Positions 10,124-22,431 of a stretch of DNA of 32,000 nucleotides are shown here, one piece after another; the stretch's first letter is position 1; every line of letters starts with the position of its first letter. The DNA is taken from sequence record CM128185.1; one strand, written 5' to 3'. Made by a program: the position numbers and the translations under genes. The notes under the pieces are model-generated. The model was not told the origin of the DNA and did no database searches. It was given only the letters and a program-made list of their open reading frames with translations.

Positions 10124-10528
10124 ATGTCATCAATTAAACATGAATTAATACATTCAGGTGGGAGAAAAACAGCTTCCGCTTGTGTAAAGTTAAGTCCTAG
10201 TGCAACTGAAAATCTTTTTATAAATGGGAAACCAGCTGAACTTTATTTTCAAAATAATAAAGCATTATTACATAATATATTTCAAGTATATCAACTAATA
10301 GAAACCTCGACTAAATATAATGCTTATATTTCTGTCAATGGGGGTGGTTTAAGTGCACAAGCTCAAGCTATTAGATTAACATTATGTAAAGCGTTTATCG
10401 AACTTATTCCAGAATTAAGAGCTTCTTTTAAAGCGCAAGGTTTTTTAACTCGGGATGCTCGTATTAAAGAACGACGTAAATATGGATTAAAAAAAGCGCG
10501 AAAAGCCCCACAATACTCAAAACGTTAA
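10124..10528 (+). CDS. rps9: ribosomal protein S9 (uS9)
   Basis: Sequence reads MSSIKHELIHSGGRKTASACVKL...VNGGGLSAQAQAIRLTLCKA.........GFLTRDARIKERRKYGLKKARKAPQYSKR. I place the start at ATG 10124, which has AAGGAG at 10106-10111. The ORF-track TTG start at 10082 looks like a spurious extension. Confidence 0.93.
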   Translation: MSSIKHELIHSGGRKTASACVKLSPSATENLFINGKPAELYFQNNKALLHNIFQVYQLIETSTKYNAYISVNGGGLSAQAQAIRLTLCKAFIELIPELRASFKAQGFLTRDARIKERRKYGLKKARKAPQYSKR

Positions 10529-10534
10529 TTTTAC

Positions 10535-10571
10535 TTAGTTAATTTTGAAGTTTAACTTTCAAATTAACTAA
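10535..10571 (+). terminator. inverted repeat after rps9 (predicted 3' stem-loop)
   Basis: TTAGTTAATTT (10535-10545) pairs with AAATTAACTAA (10561-10571). Inner GAAG/CTTTC pairing has one bulge. Confidence 0.5.
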
Positions 10572-10680
10572 TTGATTTTATCATTATAAAAACATATAAT
10601 AAATAAATATATTAAAAGCTAAAATAAAAAATTTAAAAATTAGCTCTATTATTCAAAAACTCAGGAGATCAGTTTTATTT

Positions 10681-11073
10681 ATGTCTACAATAACTATTGA
10701 GATTTTAGAAAAACTAAAAACAATTACTTTATTAGAAGCTTCGCAATTAGTATCACAAATTGAAGATGCTTTTGGTGTAGATGCATCTATTCAAACAACA
10801 AGTGGAACAAGTGCAGCTTCAACAGAAATTACAAAACAAGAAGAAGTAATAGAAGAAAAAACTACTTTTGATATTATTTTAGAAGAAGTTCCAAGTGACA
10901 AACGTGTACCTATTTTAAAAGTAATACGTAATTTAACTTCTTTAGATTTAAAACAAGCAAAAGAAGCTATTACAGATTTACCAAAAACAATCTTACAAGG
11001 TGCGTCAAAAGAAGAATCAGAAACAGCAAAACAACAATTAGAAGCTGCGGGCGGGAAAATTAAAGTATCTTAA
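10681..11073 (+). CDS. rpl12: ribosomal protein L7/L12 (bL12)
   Basis: 130 aa. It has an N-terminal dimerisation helix (ILEKLKTITLLEASQLVSQIEDAFGV), an Ala/Glu-rich hinge, and a C-terminal FDIILEEVPSDKRVPILKVIRNLTSLDLKQAKEAI...P..I..G.SKEE.E.AKQQLEAAGGKI. Confidence 0.95.
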   Translation: MSTITIEILEKLKTITLLEASQLVSQIEDAFGVDASIQTTSGTSAASTEITKQEEVIEEKTTFDIILEEVPSDKRVPILKVIRNLTSLDLKQAKEAITDLPKTILQGASKEESETAKQQLEAAGGKIKVS

Positions 11074-11134
11074 TGTTTAAAAATATTTATTATTTATAAA
11101 TATTCTAGTTATAAATAATAAATATTTTTAAACA
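11074..11134 (+). terminator. 26-bp perfect inverted repeat directly after the rpl12 stop (predicted 3' stem-loop)
   Basis: TGTTTAAAAATATTTATTATTTATAA (11074-11099) pairs with TTATAAATAATAAATATTTTTAAACA (11109-11134). The loop is 9 nt. trnR(CCG) starts 7 nt later. Confidence 0.65.
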
Positions 11135-11141
11135 AATATTA

Positions 11142-11216
11142 AAGCTTGTAACTCAGTGGATCAAGAGTACGTGTTTCCGAAGCACGTTGTCGCGGGTTCA
11201 ATTCCCGCCAAGCTTA
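11142..11216 (+). tRNA. trnR(CCG): tRNA-Arg (anticodon CCG)
   Basis: Hand-folded cloverleaf. Acceptor AAGCTTG/CAAGCTT, D stem ACTC/GAGT, anticodon stem CGTGT/GCACG with loop TTCCGAA, T arm GCGGG-TTCAATT-CCCGC. Confidence 0.88.
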
Positions 11217-11237
11217 AAAAATTGTAGCTATTAAAAT

Positions 11238-11324
11238 CGGAGAAAGAGGGATTCGAACCCTCGGTATGTTTTATCATACGACGCGTTAGCAATGCGTTAC
11301 CTTCGACCACTCGGCCATTTCTCC
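11238..11324 (-). tRNA. trnS(GCU): tRNA-Ser (anticodon GCU), class II
   Basis: The reverse complement is GGAGAAATGGCCGAGTGGTCGAAGG...TTGCTAA...long variable arm...GAGGGTTCGAATCCCTCTTTCTCCG. Acceptor GGAGAAA/TTTCTCC, anticodon loop TTGCTAA. Length 87 nt. Confidence 0.9.
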
Positions 11325-11403
11325 TGGTATGTAGTATTTATCATATTATTATCAGCTAATAAAAAAATAAAGATATGTAAAAAAATTTAGTTTTTTATAA
11401 AAT

Positions 11404-11432
11404 AATGCCCCCCCATTGTGGGGAGGAGCATT
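11404..11432 (-). terminator. G/C-rich stem-loop 8 nt downstream of the psbC stop
   Basis: Plus-strand AATGCCCCCCC (11404-11414), loop ATTGT, then GGGGAGGAGCATT (11420-11432). This gives 11 bp with two bulged A residues. It is an unusually GC-rich island in an AT-rich spacer. Confidence 0.65.
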
Positions 11433-11439
11433 AATAAAG

Positions 11440-13927
<2,488 letters not shown>

Positions 13928-13941
13928 TTAAAATTAAATAT

Positions 13942-13971
13942 ATATTTATTAAAAATATTTTTAATAAATAT
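13942..13971. repeat. 30-bp perfect palindrome in the petG-psbD spacer
   Basis: ATATTTATTAAAAATATTTTTAATAAATAT equals its own reverse complement (15-bp arms, no spacer). It lies downstream of petG and upstream of psbD on the minus strand. Confidence 0.8.
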
Positions 13972-14060
13972 TTGTTTTTTTGTTTACGCTATAAATTAGT
14001 ATAGTATGTTTTTAAATTTTTTCAAGTTACTAGATTTTAGTAAATTTAATTAAAAACTAA

Positions 14061-14174
14061 TTACAATTTTAACTGATCACCACGACGATATTGTAAGTAC
14101 GCGGTAACAAACAATCCTATAATTGTTACTGGAACTAAGCCAAGAACAATCCCTGATAATAATGGTTCTACCAT
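14061..14174 (-). CDS. petG: cytochrome b6f complex subunit V (PetG)
   Basis: Hand translation of the minus strand gives [37 protein letters not shown] (37 aa). This matches the conserved PetG pattern [13 protein letters not shown]...[10 protein letters not shown]. It is not in the ORF track because it is too short. Confidence 0.9.
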   Translation of the reverse strand: MVEPLLSGIVLGLVPVTIIGLFVTAYLQYRRGDQLKL

Positions 14175-14235
14175 ATTTAAAATTTCTCCAAACCCGATAA
14201 ATTAAATAATTATTAATAAAAAAATAATAATTTTT

Positions 14236-14331
14236 TTATATTAATTTAATTTTTACTAAACTATAATAACATATTACTGTTATTAATGAAGCTCCAATTA
14301 ATAAAGCGAGATAACTAAAAATTGTAATCAT
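14236..14331 (-). CDS. petL: cytochrome b6f complex subunit VI (PetL)
   Basis: Hand translation gives MITIFSYLALLIGASLITVICYYSLVKIKLI* (31 aa). It is a single hydrophobic helix ending in KIKLI, as in PetL. Its position in a petA-petL-petG cluster is typical of chlorophytes. Confidence 0.8.
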   Translation of the reverse strand: MITIFSYLALLIGASLITVICYYSLVKIKLI

Positions 14332-14377
14332 TTTTTTAATAAAATTGATTTATGAAAGAATAAATTTTTTAAATTAA

Positions 14378-15337
14378 TTAAAAATTCATTTCAGATAATT
14401 GAACTTTTTCGTATTGTTTCTTTTTTAATACAAAAAATACTTGGGCAAATAAAACTAAAATAAAAAAAACTAATAAACCGATAATTCGAGTTGGGTTTTG
14501 TAAAACAATTTCTGTTTCACCTTGCCCAAAACCACCGACATTCGGGTTACTTGTTAATGCTTGATCTAGCTTAACTTCATTACCAGTTTTTACAATTAAC
14601 TCGGGACCTGGCGGTACTGTATCTGTAATAATATCACCATTTGCCGTTTGAATACTAATTAAAAATCCACCTTTTTTCTCAATTGGTTCTATACTAGTGA
14701 TTTTTCCGGCGCTAGACGCAGTATAAATAGTATTATTACTTTTTGAGCCGTCTGGATAAATTTGACCACGACCACGATTTCCACCAAAATAAATAGGGTA
14801 TTTTAAATACGATACTGATTTATTTTTAGTCGGATCGGGTGATAAAATAGGAAAAACAAGTTCTTTATATTTTTTACCTGGAACTGGCCCAACAACTAAA
14901 ATATTAGGTTTTTCCGCATTATATGATGAAAAATATAATTTCCCCATTTTCGCTTTAATTTCTTCTGGTATTCTTTCCGGAGGTGCTAACTGAAAATTTT
15001 CTGGTAAAATAAGCACAGCGCCTACATTTAAATCACCTTTTTTACCGTTCCCTAAAACTTGTTTAATTTGTTTATCGTAAGGTATTTTTGCAACTGCCTC
15101 AAATACTGTATTTGGTAAAACAGCTTGTGGTACTTCAATTTCGATTGGCTTTTGGGCTAAATGACAATTCGCACACACAATTCGCCCATTTGCTTCCCGA
15201 GGGTTGTTGTAATTTTGTTGAGCAAAAATAGGATAGGCATTACTTGGAGCACTAACTAGAAAAGTAATACCCAAAAGAAATGTTAATTTAATACAAAAAT
15301 TAATTGGTAGTTTAAATAGATAAATGGAATACTTCAT
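14378..15337 (-). CDS. petA: cytochrome f precursor
   Basis: 319 aa. A signal peptide is followed by the mature N-terminus [27 protein letters not shown], which includes the CxxCH haem site. A C-terminal membrane anchor is present. Confidence 0.97.
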   Translation of the reverse strand: MKYSIYLFKLPINFCIKLTFLLGITFLVSAPSNAYPIFAQQNYNNPREANGRIVCANCHLAQKPIEIEVPQAVLPNTVFEAVAKIPYDKQIKQVLGNGKKGDLNVGAVLILPENFQLAPPERIPEEIKAKMGKLYFSSYNAEKPNILVVGPVPGKKYKELVFPILSPDPTKNKSVSYLKYPIYFGGNRGRGQIYPDGSKSNNTIYTASSAGKITSIEPIEKKGGFLISIQTANGDIITDTVPPGPELIVKTGNEVKLDQALTSNPNVGGFGQGETEIVLQNPTRIIGLLVFFILVLFAQVFFVLKKKQYEKVQLSEMNF

Positions 15338-15598
15338 AAAATTGATTCTATCTGTTTTTTAAATTAAAAAACATAAAAAATAAAATTTTCTTCTCTGCAT
15401 TTTTATAATTTATAGATATTTTAATTTCTTGTTTTATTATACTCTTTCATAGAGTAAAAAAAAAATACTTTTAATTGAATTAATTTTGTAAAAAAGTTAT
15501 ACTATTAGTAATTAGAAATTAAGAGTTTTTTTATATATTAAGAACTATAAAAAATCAGAATATTAACAATTAAAATAAAATTATTCTCTGATCATATT

Positions 15599-16669
15599 AT
15601 GATTTCAACAGATACAGATACAACTAATTTAGAACAAATAAGACCCGTTTTTCCTTTTACCGCTATTGTTGGTCAAGATGAAATGAAACTAGCTCTTATT
15701 TTGAATGTAATTGACCCAAAAATTGGGGGCGTTATGATTATGGGTGACAGAGGAACAGGAAAATCTACTACTGTACGCGCGCTAGTCGATTTATTACCAG
15801 AAATAGAGAGTATAGAAGATGATCCATTTAATTCAGATCCGCATGACCTTGAATTGATGAGTAAAGAAGTTCGAGAAAAAATACAAAAAAAAGAATCATT
15901 ATCTATCATTAAAAAAAAAATTTCGATGGTAGATTTGCCGTTAGGGGCTACAGAAGATCGTGTTTGTGGTACAATCGATATTGAAAAAGCTTTGACACAA
16001 GGTGTTAAAGCTTTTGAACCGGGTTTATTAGCAAAAGCAAATCGTGGTATTTTATACGTCGATGAAGTTAATCTTTTAGATGATCATTTAGTAGATGTTT
16101 TATTAGATTCTGCAGCTTCTGGTTGGAATACCGTGGAACGAGAAGGGATTTCAATTAGTCACCCAGCTCGTTTTATTCTCGTTGGCTCTGGAAATCCAGA
16201 AGAAGGTGAATGTAGACCACAACTTTTAGATAGATTTGGGATGCATGCTCAAATAGGAACTGTTAAAGAACCCCATTTACGTGTGCAAATTGTAGAACAA
16301 CGAGCTGATTTTGATGCATCACCTTTAAAATTTAGAAATATTTATAAGCAATCACAAGAACAACTAGCAAATCAAATAATTAAAGCTAGAGAGTTGCTAC
16401 CGGAAGTTCAAATTGATTATGATTTCCGTATCAAAATTTCGCAAATTTGTGGAGAATTGGATGTAGATGGTTTACGCGGAGATTTAGTAACAAATCGAGC
16501 AAGTAAAGCTTTAGCTGCTTTTTATGGTCATACTAACGTGAATGAAAAGGATATTTTTAAAGTAATTCCGCTATCTTTACGTCATCGATTAAGAAAAGAC
16601 CCGTTAGAATCTATAGATTCTGGGGATAAAGTACGTGAAGCCTTTAAACGTGTTTTTGGGTATAATTAA
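15599..16669 (+). CDS. chlI: magnesium chelatase subunit I (AAA+ ATPase)
   Basis: 356 aa. It begins [42 protein letters not shown] (Walker A), contains [21 protein letters not shown] (Walker B), and ends ...[11 protein letters not shown]. Confidence 0.97.
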   Translation: MISTDTDTTNLEQIRPVFPFTAIVGQDEMKLALILNVIDPKIGGVMIMGDRGTGKSTTVRALVDLLPEIESIEDDPFNSDPHDLELMSKEVREKIQKKESLSIIKKKISMVDLPLGATEDRVCGTIDIEKALTQGVKAFEPGLLAKANRGILYVDEVNLLDDHLVDVLLDSAASGWNTVEREGISISHPARFILVGSGNPEEGECRPQLLDRFGMHAQIGTVKEPHLRVQIVEQRADFDASPLKFRNIYKQSQEQLANQIIKARELLPEVQIDYDFRIKISQICGELDVDGLRGDLVTNRASKALAAFYGHTNVNEKDIFKVIPLSLRHRLRKDPLESIDSGDKVREAFKRVFGYN

Positions 16670-16674
16670 ATAAC

Positions 16675-16704
16675 TTGACAAATCTTTTTATTGATAAGTA
16701 TTAA
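16675..16704 (+). promoter_or_regulatory. candidate sigma70-type (PEP) promoter upstream of trnR(UCU)
   Basis: TTGACA (16675-16680), an 18-nt spacer, then TATTAA (16699-16704). It is embedded in the 10-mer ACTTGACAAA, which recurs at 22381 and 28393. The tRNA starts 20 nt after the -10 box. Confidence 0.45.
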
Positions 16705-16723
16705 TTAATAAAAAGATTTGTCA
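16676..16723 (+). terminator. 17-bp perfect inverted repeat after chlI, ending 1 nt before trnR(UCU)
   Basis: TGACAAATCTTTTTATT (16676-16692) pairs with AATAAAAAGATTTGTCA (16707-16723). The loop is 14 nt. Confidence 0.6.
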
Positions 16724-16724
16724 C

Positions 16725-16796
16725 GGGCTTATCGTCTAATGGATAGGACAGGAACCTTCTAAGTTTCTAATGTAGGTTCAATTCCTACTAAGCTCA
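16725..16796 (+). tRNA. trnR(UCU): tRNA-Arg (anticodon UCU)
   Basis: Acceptor GGGCTTA/TAAGCTC (one G-U pair), D stem GTCT/GGAC, anticodon stem GGAAC/GTTTC with loop CTTCTAA, T arm TAGGT-TCAATTC-CTACT (shifted by one), discriminator A. Confidence 0.88.
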
Positions 16797-16890
16797 AATT
16801 CAATTTTAAAAAAATTTAATAATTATTAATAAAAATATGTTATAATAAAATTATCTGTAGCCTATAAATTAAAAACTAATTTTTAAATAC

Positions 16891-17007
16891 ATGTTAACTT
16901 TAAAAATTTTTGTATATACTGTTGTAACATTTTTTGTTTCACTTTTCATTTTTGGATTTTTATCTAATGACCCGGGCAGAAGTCCAGGGCAAAAAGATAT
17001 TGATTAA
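16891..17007 (+). CDS. psbI: photosystem II reaction centre protein I
   Basis: Hand translation gives [38 protein letters not shown] (38 aa), near-identical to the conserved PsbI sequence pattern. It is too short for the ORF track. Confidence 0.93.
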   Translation: MLTLKIFVYTVVTFFVSLFIFGFLSNDPGRSPGQKDID

Positions 17008-17048
17008 TTTTTCTATTTTTTCAAATTCAACATTTATTAATATATAAT

Positions 17049-17087
17049 TTTTTGTATTAACTAGCTAAAAACTAGTTAATACAAAAA
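17049..17087 (+). terminator. 16-bp perfect inverted repeat after psbI (predicted 3' stem-loop)
   Basis: TTTTTGTATTAACTAG (17049-17064) pairs with CTAGTTAATACAAAAA (17072-17087). The loop is 7 nt. Confidence 0.55.
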
Positions 17088-17103
17088 TACTATGATTTAA
17101 AAT

Positions 17104-17607
17104 ATGCCACGGTCACAACGAAACGATAATTTTATTGATAAATCTTTTACTGTAATTGCTGATATATTATTAAAAATATTACCTACTTCTAATCGCGAAA
17201 AACAAGCATTTAGCTACTATCGAGATGGAATGTCAGCTCAGTCTGAAGGAGAATACGCAGAAGCTTTGCAAAATTATTACGAAGCTTTGCGTTTAGAAAC
17301 AGATGCGTATGACCGAAGTTATATCTTATATAATATTGGATTAATCCATACTAGTAATGGTGATCACGCGCGCGCTTTAGACTATTATTATCAAGCATTA
17401 GAACGAAATCCCGCACTACCACAAGCTTTAAATAATGTGGCTGTAATTTTTCATTATCGGGGTGAACAAGCTATAGAGATAGGTCAAATAGAAATATCTA
17501 AATTGCTATTTGATAAAGCTGCGGACTACTGGCGTGAAGCTATTAGAATAGCGCCGACTAACTACATTGAAGCACAAAATTGGCTTCAAATGACTGGTAG
17601 AGGTTAA
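17104..17607 (+). CDS. ycf3: photosystem I assembly protein Ycf3 (TPR), uninterrupted
   Basis: 167 aa. It begins [63 protein letters not shown] and carries three TPR-like repeats. There are no introns. Confidence 0.96.
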   Translation: MPRSQRNDNFIDKSFTVIADILLKILPTSNREKQAFSYYRDGMSAQSEGEYAEALQNYYEALRLETDAYDRSYILYNIGLIHTSNGDHARALDYYYQALERNPALPQALNNVAVIFHYRGEQAIEIGQIEISKLLFDKAADYWREAIRIAPTNYIEAQNWLQMTGRG

Positions 17608-17627
17608 ATTATGATGCATTACACATA

Positions 17628-17680
17628 ATATAGAATAAATATTCTAAGTTTATGGAAAACTTAAAATATTTATTCTATAT
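17628..17680 (+). terminator. inverted repeat after ycf3 (predicted 3' stem-loop)
   Basis: ATATAGAATAAATATT (17628-17643) pairs with AATATTTATTCTATAT (17665-17680). After one mismatch, about 6 more inner pairs follow. Confidence 0.55.
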
Positions 17681-17704
17681 TTTAATTAAACTTAAAGTAA
17701 TAAA

Positions 17705-17777
17705 GCCTACTTAACTCAATTGGCAGAGTATCGGTTTTGTAAACCGAAGGTTATCGGTTCAACTCCGATAGTAGGCT
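17705..17777 (+). tRNA. trnT(UGU): tRNA-Thr (anticodon UGU)
   Basis: Acceptor GCCTACT/AGTAGGC, D stem ACTC/GAGT, anticodon stem TCGGT/ACCGA with loop TTTGTAA, T arm ATCGG-TTCAACT-CCGAT. Confidence 0.9.
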
Positions 17778-17939
17778 ATTGAAATTTCAAAATATTAAAA
17801 AAAATAGAAATATAATGTTGTAAATATTTCTATAATTTTTAATATTATAAAAACAATAAAATTAATTATTAAAAAATAAAAATTAAATATAATTAAAAAA
17901 GCAACATAAATAATTAGTAATAAAAAAAAATTAAATATT

Positions 17940-18713
17940 ATGTTTAAAAATAATAATAAAATAATAAAATTAGAGGATATGGTACAAAGTGGAATGCATT
18001 TTGGGCATTTTACTTCTGAATGGAATCCGCGAATGAAACCGTTTATTTATGGCGAACGATATGGGCGGCATATTTTAGATTTAGTGCAAACATATTATCT
18101 TTTAAATGACTTATTAGGGTTTTTAGAAAAAAGTGCTGCTCAAGGAAAAAAATTCTTATTCGTTGGCACGAAAAAACAAGCAGCCCCTTTAATTGAAAAA
18201 ACAGCTATTGCGTGTAATAGCTATTACGTTAATCAACGTTGGCTAGGTGGAATGCTAACAAATTGGAAAACGATTCAACAGTCTCTACAACAATTACAAT
18301 CTTTTAGAAAAGCTGAAGAATCAGGTGAATGGGATTTATTAAAGAAAAAAGAAATTGCAAAAAAGAAACGCCAAAAATTACGTTTAGAAAAAAATTTAGC
18401 TGGGCTAGAAAATATGAAAAAATTGCCTGATGTTGTAATAATCATAGGGCAATCTGAAGAATTAAATGCTGTTAAAGAATGTCGACAATTAGGTATTACT
18501 ACAGTGACCCTTCTTGATAGTAACTGTGATCCTTATTTAGCAGATTGGTATATTCCAGCTAATGATGATTCTGCGGCAACGGTTAAATTCTTACTTTCTA
18601 ACTTTCAAGACGCAATACTTTCTGGGGAAAAAATTAATAATGAGAACCAACAATTATTAAATGTTAAACAAAATATAAAAAAATCAAGTCGAATTAAATC
18701 AAAAAAAACATAA
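17940..18713 (+). CDS. rps2: ribosomal protein S2 (uS2)
   Basis: 257 aa. It contains GMHFGH....WNPRM.PFIYGERYG.HILDL..T, FLFVGTKKQA, YVNQRWLGGMLTNW.TI and P.NDDS. It heads the conserved rps2-atpI-atpH-atpF-atpA cluster. Confidence 0.96.
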   Translation: MFKNNNKIIKLEDMVQSGMHFGHFTSEWNPRMKPFIYGERYGRHILDLVQTYYLLNDLLGFLEKSAAQGKKFLFVGTKKQAAPLIEKTAIACNSYYVNQRWLGGMLTNWKTIQQSLQQLQSFRKAEESGEWDLLKKKEIAKKKRQKLRLEKNLAGLENMKKLPDVVIIIGQSEELNAVKECRQLGITTVTLLDSNCDPYLADWYIPANDDSAATVKFLLSNFQDAILSGEKINNENQQLLNVKQNIKKSSRIKSKKT

Positions 18714-18825
18714 AAATTTTTATGTTTTATAAAGTAAATGTATAGTAAATATAAGAAAGCTATAATTAAAACTCTTTTTAATAAAAGCCACTTGAATTTA
18801 TATTTTTATAGAGGAAATAGTATTT

Positions 18826-19545
18826 ATGACAAACGTTTTGTTTGATTTAGCGGAAGTTTCTGTTGGTCAACATTGGTATTGGAACTTAGGACCCTATTTT
18901 GTTCATGGTCAAGTACTAATAACATCATGGGTTGTATTAAGTCTTATTATTGGAATAGCATTAATAGCTAATCAAAATTTAAAAACTATCCCAGAAAATT
19001 TACAAAATCTAACGGAATATGTTACTGAATTTATTAGAGATTTAGCAAAAACCCAAATTGGAGAAAAAGATTATATAAAATGGGTTCCTTTTTTAGGAAC
19101 AATATTTTTATTTGTTTTTGTATCTAACTGGTCAGGTGCTTTATTACCCTGGCGTATTTTAGAACTTCCAAATGGGGAATTAGCGGCTCCTACAAATGAT
19201 ATTAATACTACAGTTGCTTTAGCTCTTTTAACATCACTTGCGTATTTTTATGCAGGTATTAGTAAAAAAGGATTCTCGTATTTTAAACGTTATATATCTC
19301 CAGCGGCATTTTTATTACCAATTAATATTTTAGAAGATTTTACAAAACCTCTTTCTTTGAGTTTTCGACTTTTTGGTAATATTTTAGCTGATGAATTAGT
19401 TGTAGGTGTATTAATTACTTTAGTACCTTTGGTAGTTCCAATTCCAATAATGTTGCTTGGTTTATTCACAAGTGCCATCCAAGCTTTGGTTTTTGCTACA
19501 TTAGCCGGGGCATATATTGGTGAATCGTTAGAAGATCACCATTAA
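18826..19545 (+). CDS. atpI: ATP synthase CF0 subunit a (IV)
   Basis: 239 aa polytopic membrane protein with [15 protein letters not shown] and [17 protein letters not shown], the conserved Arg region of subunit a. Confidence 0.96.
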   Translation: MTNVLFDLAEVSVGQHWYWNLGPYFVHGQVLITSWVVLSLIIGIALIANQNLKTIPENLQNLTEYVTEFIRDLAKTQIGEKDYIKWVPFLGTIFLFVFVSNWSGALLPWRILELPNGELAAPTNDINTTVALALLTSLAYFYAGISKKGFSYFKRYISPAAFLLPINILEDFTKPLSLSFRLFGNILADELVVGVLITLVPLVVPIPIMLLGLFTSAIQALVFATLAGAYIGESLEDHH

Positions 19546-19655
19546 AAATAATTTTTAATTTTTTTTTTTATTAATTAACTTTTTTTAGTATTTAATAAAA
19601 TTAATTAATTTTTAAAATTGTTTTTTTTATAAAAAAAATGTTAAAATAATTCTAA

Positions 19656-19958
<303 letters not shown>

Positions 19959-19982
19959 CAAAATTAAATAAAAAAATTTATT

Positions 19983-20510
19983 ATGAATGCTAACTCGCTT
20001 TTTATTTTAGCGGATCATTTTAGTTTTAATACAAATATAATTGAAACCAATGTATTAAATTTAGCTGTAGTATTAGCTGTTGTGGTTATTTACGTCGGGG
20101 ACGCTCTAAAAGGCCTTCTTGCAAATAGAAAAGAAACAATTGTTACCAATTTTCAAGAAGCAGATCGGCGTGCTTTACAAGCTAAAGAACGTGTGAACCA
20201 AGCTCAAATACAATTTGAAGAAGCAAAACAAAAAGCTTCCAAAATTAGAAATCAAGCTTCAATTACTATAGAAAACGAAAAAGAAAAATTTAATCGCGAA
20301 ATTACAGAAGATTTAAATAGATTGAAGGTTTTTCAACAAGAAAGCTATAAATTAGAACAACAAAAAGTTCAAAATCAAATAGCTGAAAAATTAATTGAAT
20401 TATCATTAAATCAAGTTAAAAAGAAAATAAAATTACGGTTAAATTCGTCTAATCATAGTATTTTAAATAACTTTCAAATTGTACTTTTTACTAATTATAA
20501 AAAAAATTAA
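19983..20510 (+). CDS. atpF: ATP synthase CF0 subunit b (I), uninterrupted
   Basis: 175 aa with an N-terminal hydrophobic helix followed by a long charged coiled-coil segment. It sits between atpH and atpA. The primary sequence is weakly conserved, so the call rests mainly on architecture and synteny. Confidence 0.85.
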   Translation: MNANSLFILADHFSFNTNIIETNVLNLAVVLAVVVIYVGDALKGLLANRKETIVTNFQEADRRALQAKERVNQAQIQFEEAKQKASKIRNQASITIENEKEKFNREITEDLNRLKVFQQESYKLEQQKVQNQIAEKLIELSLNQVKKKIKLRLNSSNHSILNNFQIVLFTNYKKN

Positions 20511-20646
20511 TTCTAGCATTTTTTTAGATTTTTTATTTTTTAATTATTAGTATCACATTTAAAACTATTTTGTGATTCTAGAAAAATAATTAAAAAATAA
20601 AGTCTATTTTTTTAAGGATAATTGGCAGGAGGATGTTCATCTTATT

Positions 20647-22167
20647 ATGGTAAAAATCAAACCAGATGAAATTAGTAGTATTATTAAACAACAAATCCAA
20701 CAATACCAACAAGAAATTAAAACAGTTAATGTTGGAACTGTTTTTCAAGTTGGGGATGGAATCGCTCGTATCTATGGTCTTGATGATGTAATGGCTGGTG
20801 AATTACTTGAGTTTCAAGACGGTACTGTGGGTATTGCATTAAACTTAGAGGCAAAAAATGTTGGGGCTGTTCTTATGGGAGACGGTACAAATGTACAAGA
20901 AGGTAGTTCTGTACGTGCCACAGGAAAAATCGCTCAGATTCCTGTAGGGGAAGCTTTTTTAGGCCGCGTAGTGAACCCTTTAGCTCGCCCTATTGATGGG
21001 AAAGGTGAAATTCAAAGTAATACAAACAGATTAATTGAATCCTCTGCTCCTGGTATTATTTCTCGACGATCAGTACATGAACCATTACAAACTGGAATTT
21101 TATCTATTGATTCAATGATTCCTATTGGTCGAGGACAACGTGAATTAATTATTGGGGACCGACAAACTGGTAAAACAGCTATCGGCGTAGACACTATTCT
21201 TAATCAAAAAGGAAAAAACGTTGTTTGTGTTTATGTTGCAATTGGTCAAAAAGCTTCTTCTATTGCTCAAGTAGTAAATACATTACAAGAAAAAGGTGCT
21301 CTTGAATATACAATAATTGTTGCAGCTACGGCTAATTCACCAGCAACATTACAATATTTAGCTCCTTATACTGGCGCAGCTTTAGCTGAGTTCTTTATGT
21401 ATAATGGACAGCATACTCTTGTTATTTATGATGATTTAACAAAACAAGCACAAGCATACCGCGAAATGTCTTTATTATTAAGACGACCTCCGGGTCGTGA
21501 AGCTTATCCGGGAGATGTTTTTTATCTACATTCACGTCTTTTAGAACGAGCTGCTAAACTTAGTGATAAGTTAGGTGGTGGAAGTATGACAGCACTTCCA
21601 GTAGTAGAAACACAGGAAGGTGACGTTTCAGCTTACATACCAACTAATGTTATATCTATCACTGATGGTCAAATTTTCTTATCAGCAGATATCTTTAATG
21701 CTAATGTAAGACCTGCGATTAATGTTGGAATTTCTGTTTCCCGTGTTGGTTCTGCAGCACAACCAAAAGCAATGAAACAAGTTGCTGGGAAATTAAAATT
21801 AGAATTAGCTCAATTCGCAGAATTAGAAGCTTTTTCTCAATTTGCTTCTGATTTAGACCAAGCGACTCAAAATCAGTTAGCACGAGGACAACGTTTACGG
21901 GAATTATTAAAACAAACACAATCTTCTCCATTAAATCTAGAAGACCAAGTATCAAGTATTTTTGCTGGTACTAATGGTTATTTAGATGATATCCCAGTTG
22001 ATCGTGTATCAGACTTTTTAATAGGTTTAAGACAATATTTAGTTAATAATCAACCAAAATATGGTGAAATTATAAAATCTAGTAATACTTTTACCTCAGA
22101 AGCAGAAGAAATTTTGAAAAATAGTTTAAAAGATTTCACTGAAGAGTTTTTAGCATCAAGCAAATAA
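20647..22167 (+). CDS. atpA: ATP synthase CF1 alpha subunit
   Basis: 506 aa with Walker A GDRQTGKT and [52 protein letters not shown] lies about 15 nt upstream of the ATG. Confidence 0.98.
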   Translation: MVKIKPDEISSIIKQQIQQYQQEIKTVNVGTVFQVGDGIARIYGLDDVMAGELLEFQDGTVGIALNLEAKNVGAVLMGDGTNVQEGSSVRATGKIAQIPVGEAFLGRVVNPLARPIDGKGEIQSNTNRLIESSAPGIISRRSVHEPLQTGILSIDSMIPIGRGQRELIIGDRQTGKTAIGVDTILNQKGKNVVCVYVAIGQKASSIAQVVNTLQEKGALEYTIIVAATANSPATLQYLAPYTGAALAEFFMYNGQHTLVIYDDLTKQAQAYREMSLLLRRPPGREAYPGDVFYLHSRLLERAAKLSDKLGGGSMTALPVVETQEGDVSAYIPTNVISITDGQIFLSADIFNANVRPAINVGISVSRVGSAAQPKAMKQVAGKLKLELAQFAELEAFSQFASDLDQATQNQLARGQRLRELLKQTQSSPLNLEDQVSSIFAGTNGYLDDIPVDRVSDFLIGLRQYLVNNQPKYGEIIKSSNTFTSEAEEILKNSLKDFTEEFLASSK

Positions 22168-22168
22168 T

Positions 22169-22217
22169 AAAAATGCATTGATATGTCTTGTATATTAACA
22201 CATATCAATGCATTTTT
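22169..22217 (+). terminator. 18-bp perfect inverted repeat directly after the atpA stop (predicted 3' stem-loop)
   Basis: AAAAATGCATTGATATGT (22169-22186) pairs with ACATATCAATGCATTTTT (22200-22217). The loop is 13 nt. Confidence 0.6.
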
Positions 22218-22238
22218 ATATAATTAATTATATGAGAG

Positions 22239-22312
22239 GCCTACTTAGCTCAGCTGGTTAGAGCATCCGTCTCATACGCGGAATGTCACTGGTTCAAATC
22301 CAGTAGTAGGCA
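22239..22312 (+). tRNA. trnM(CAU): tRNA-Met, elongator type (anticodon CAU)
   Basis: Acceptor GCCTACT/AGTAGGC, D stem GCTC/GAGC, anticodon stem TCCGT/GCGGA with loop CTCATAC, T arm ACTGG-TTCAAAT-CCAGT. Overall it resembles plastid elongator trnM. Met versus Ile identity cannot be proven from sequence alone. Confidence 0.8.
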
Positions 22313-22382
22313 CACTTATAAAAGTTAATTATAAATGATGTTAGTTTACAAAAAAATATGTATTATTTATGAAATCAAGTAC

Positions 22383-22411
22383 TTGACAAAGAAATAATAT
22401 ATATATATATT
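22383..22411 (+). promoter_or_regulatory. candidate sigma70-type (PEP) promoter upstream of trnD
   Basis: TTGACA (22383-22388), a 17-nt spacer, then TATATT (22406-22411). It carries the same ACTTGACAAA 10-mer as at 16673 and 28393. trnD starts 20 nt after the -10 box. Confidence 0.45.
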
Positions 22412-22431
22412 ATTTATAAATAAATTTTACG

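Noticed and set aside
15673-15909. Minus-strand 78-aa ORF antisense to chlI.
   Set aside because: It is embedded in the conserved Walker A region of chlI on the other strand and shows no family resemblance.
21012-21955. Minus-strand ORFs 21012-21194 and 21719-21955 antisense to atpA.
   Set aside because: They lie inside a full-length conserved atpA and have no motifs.
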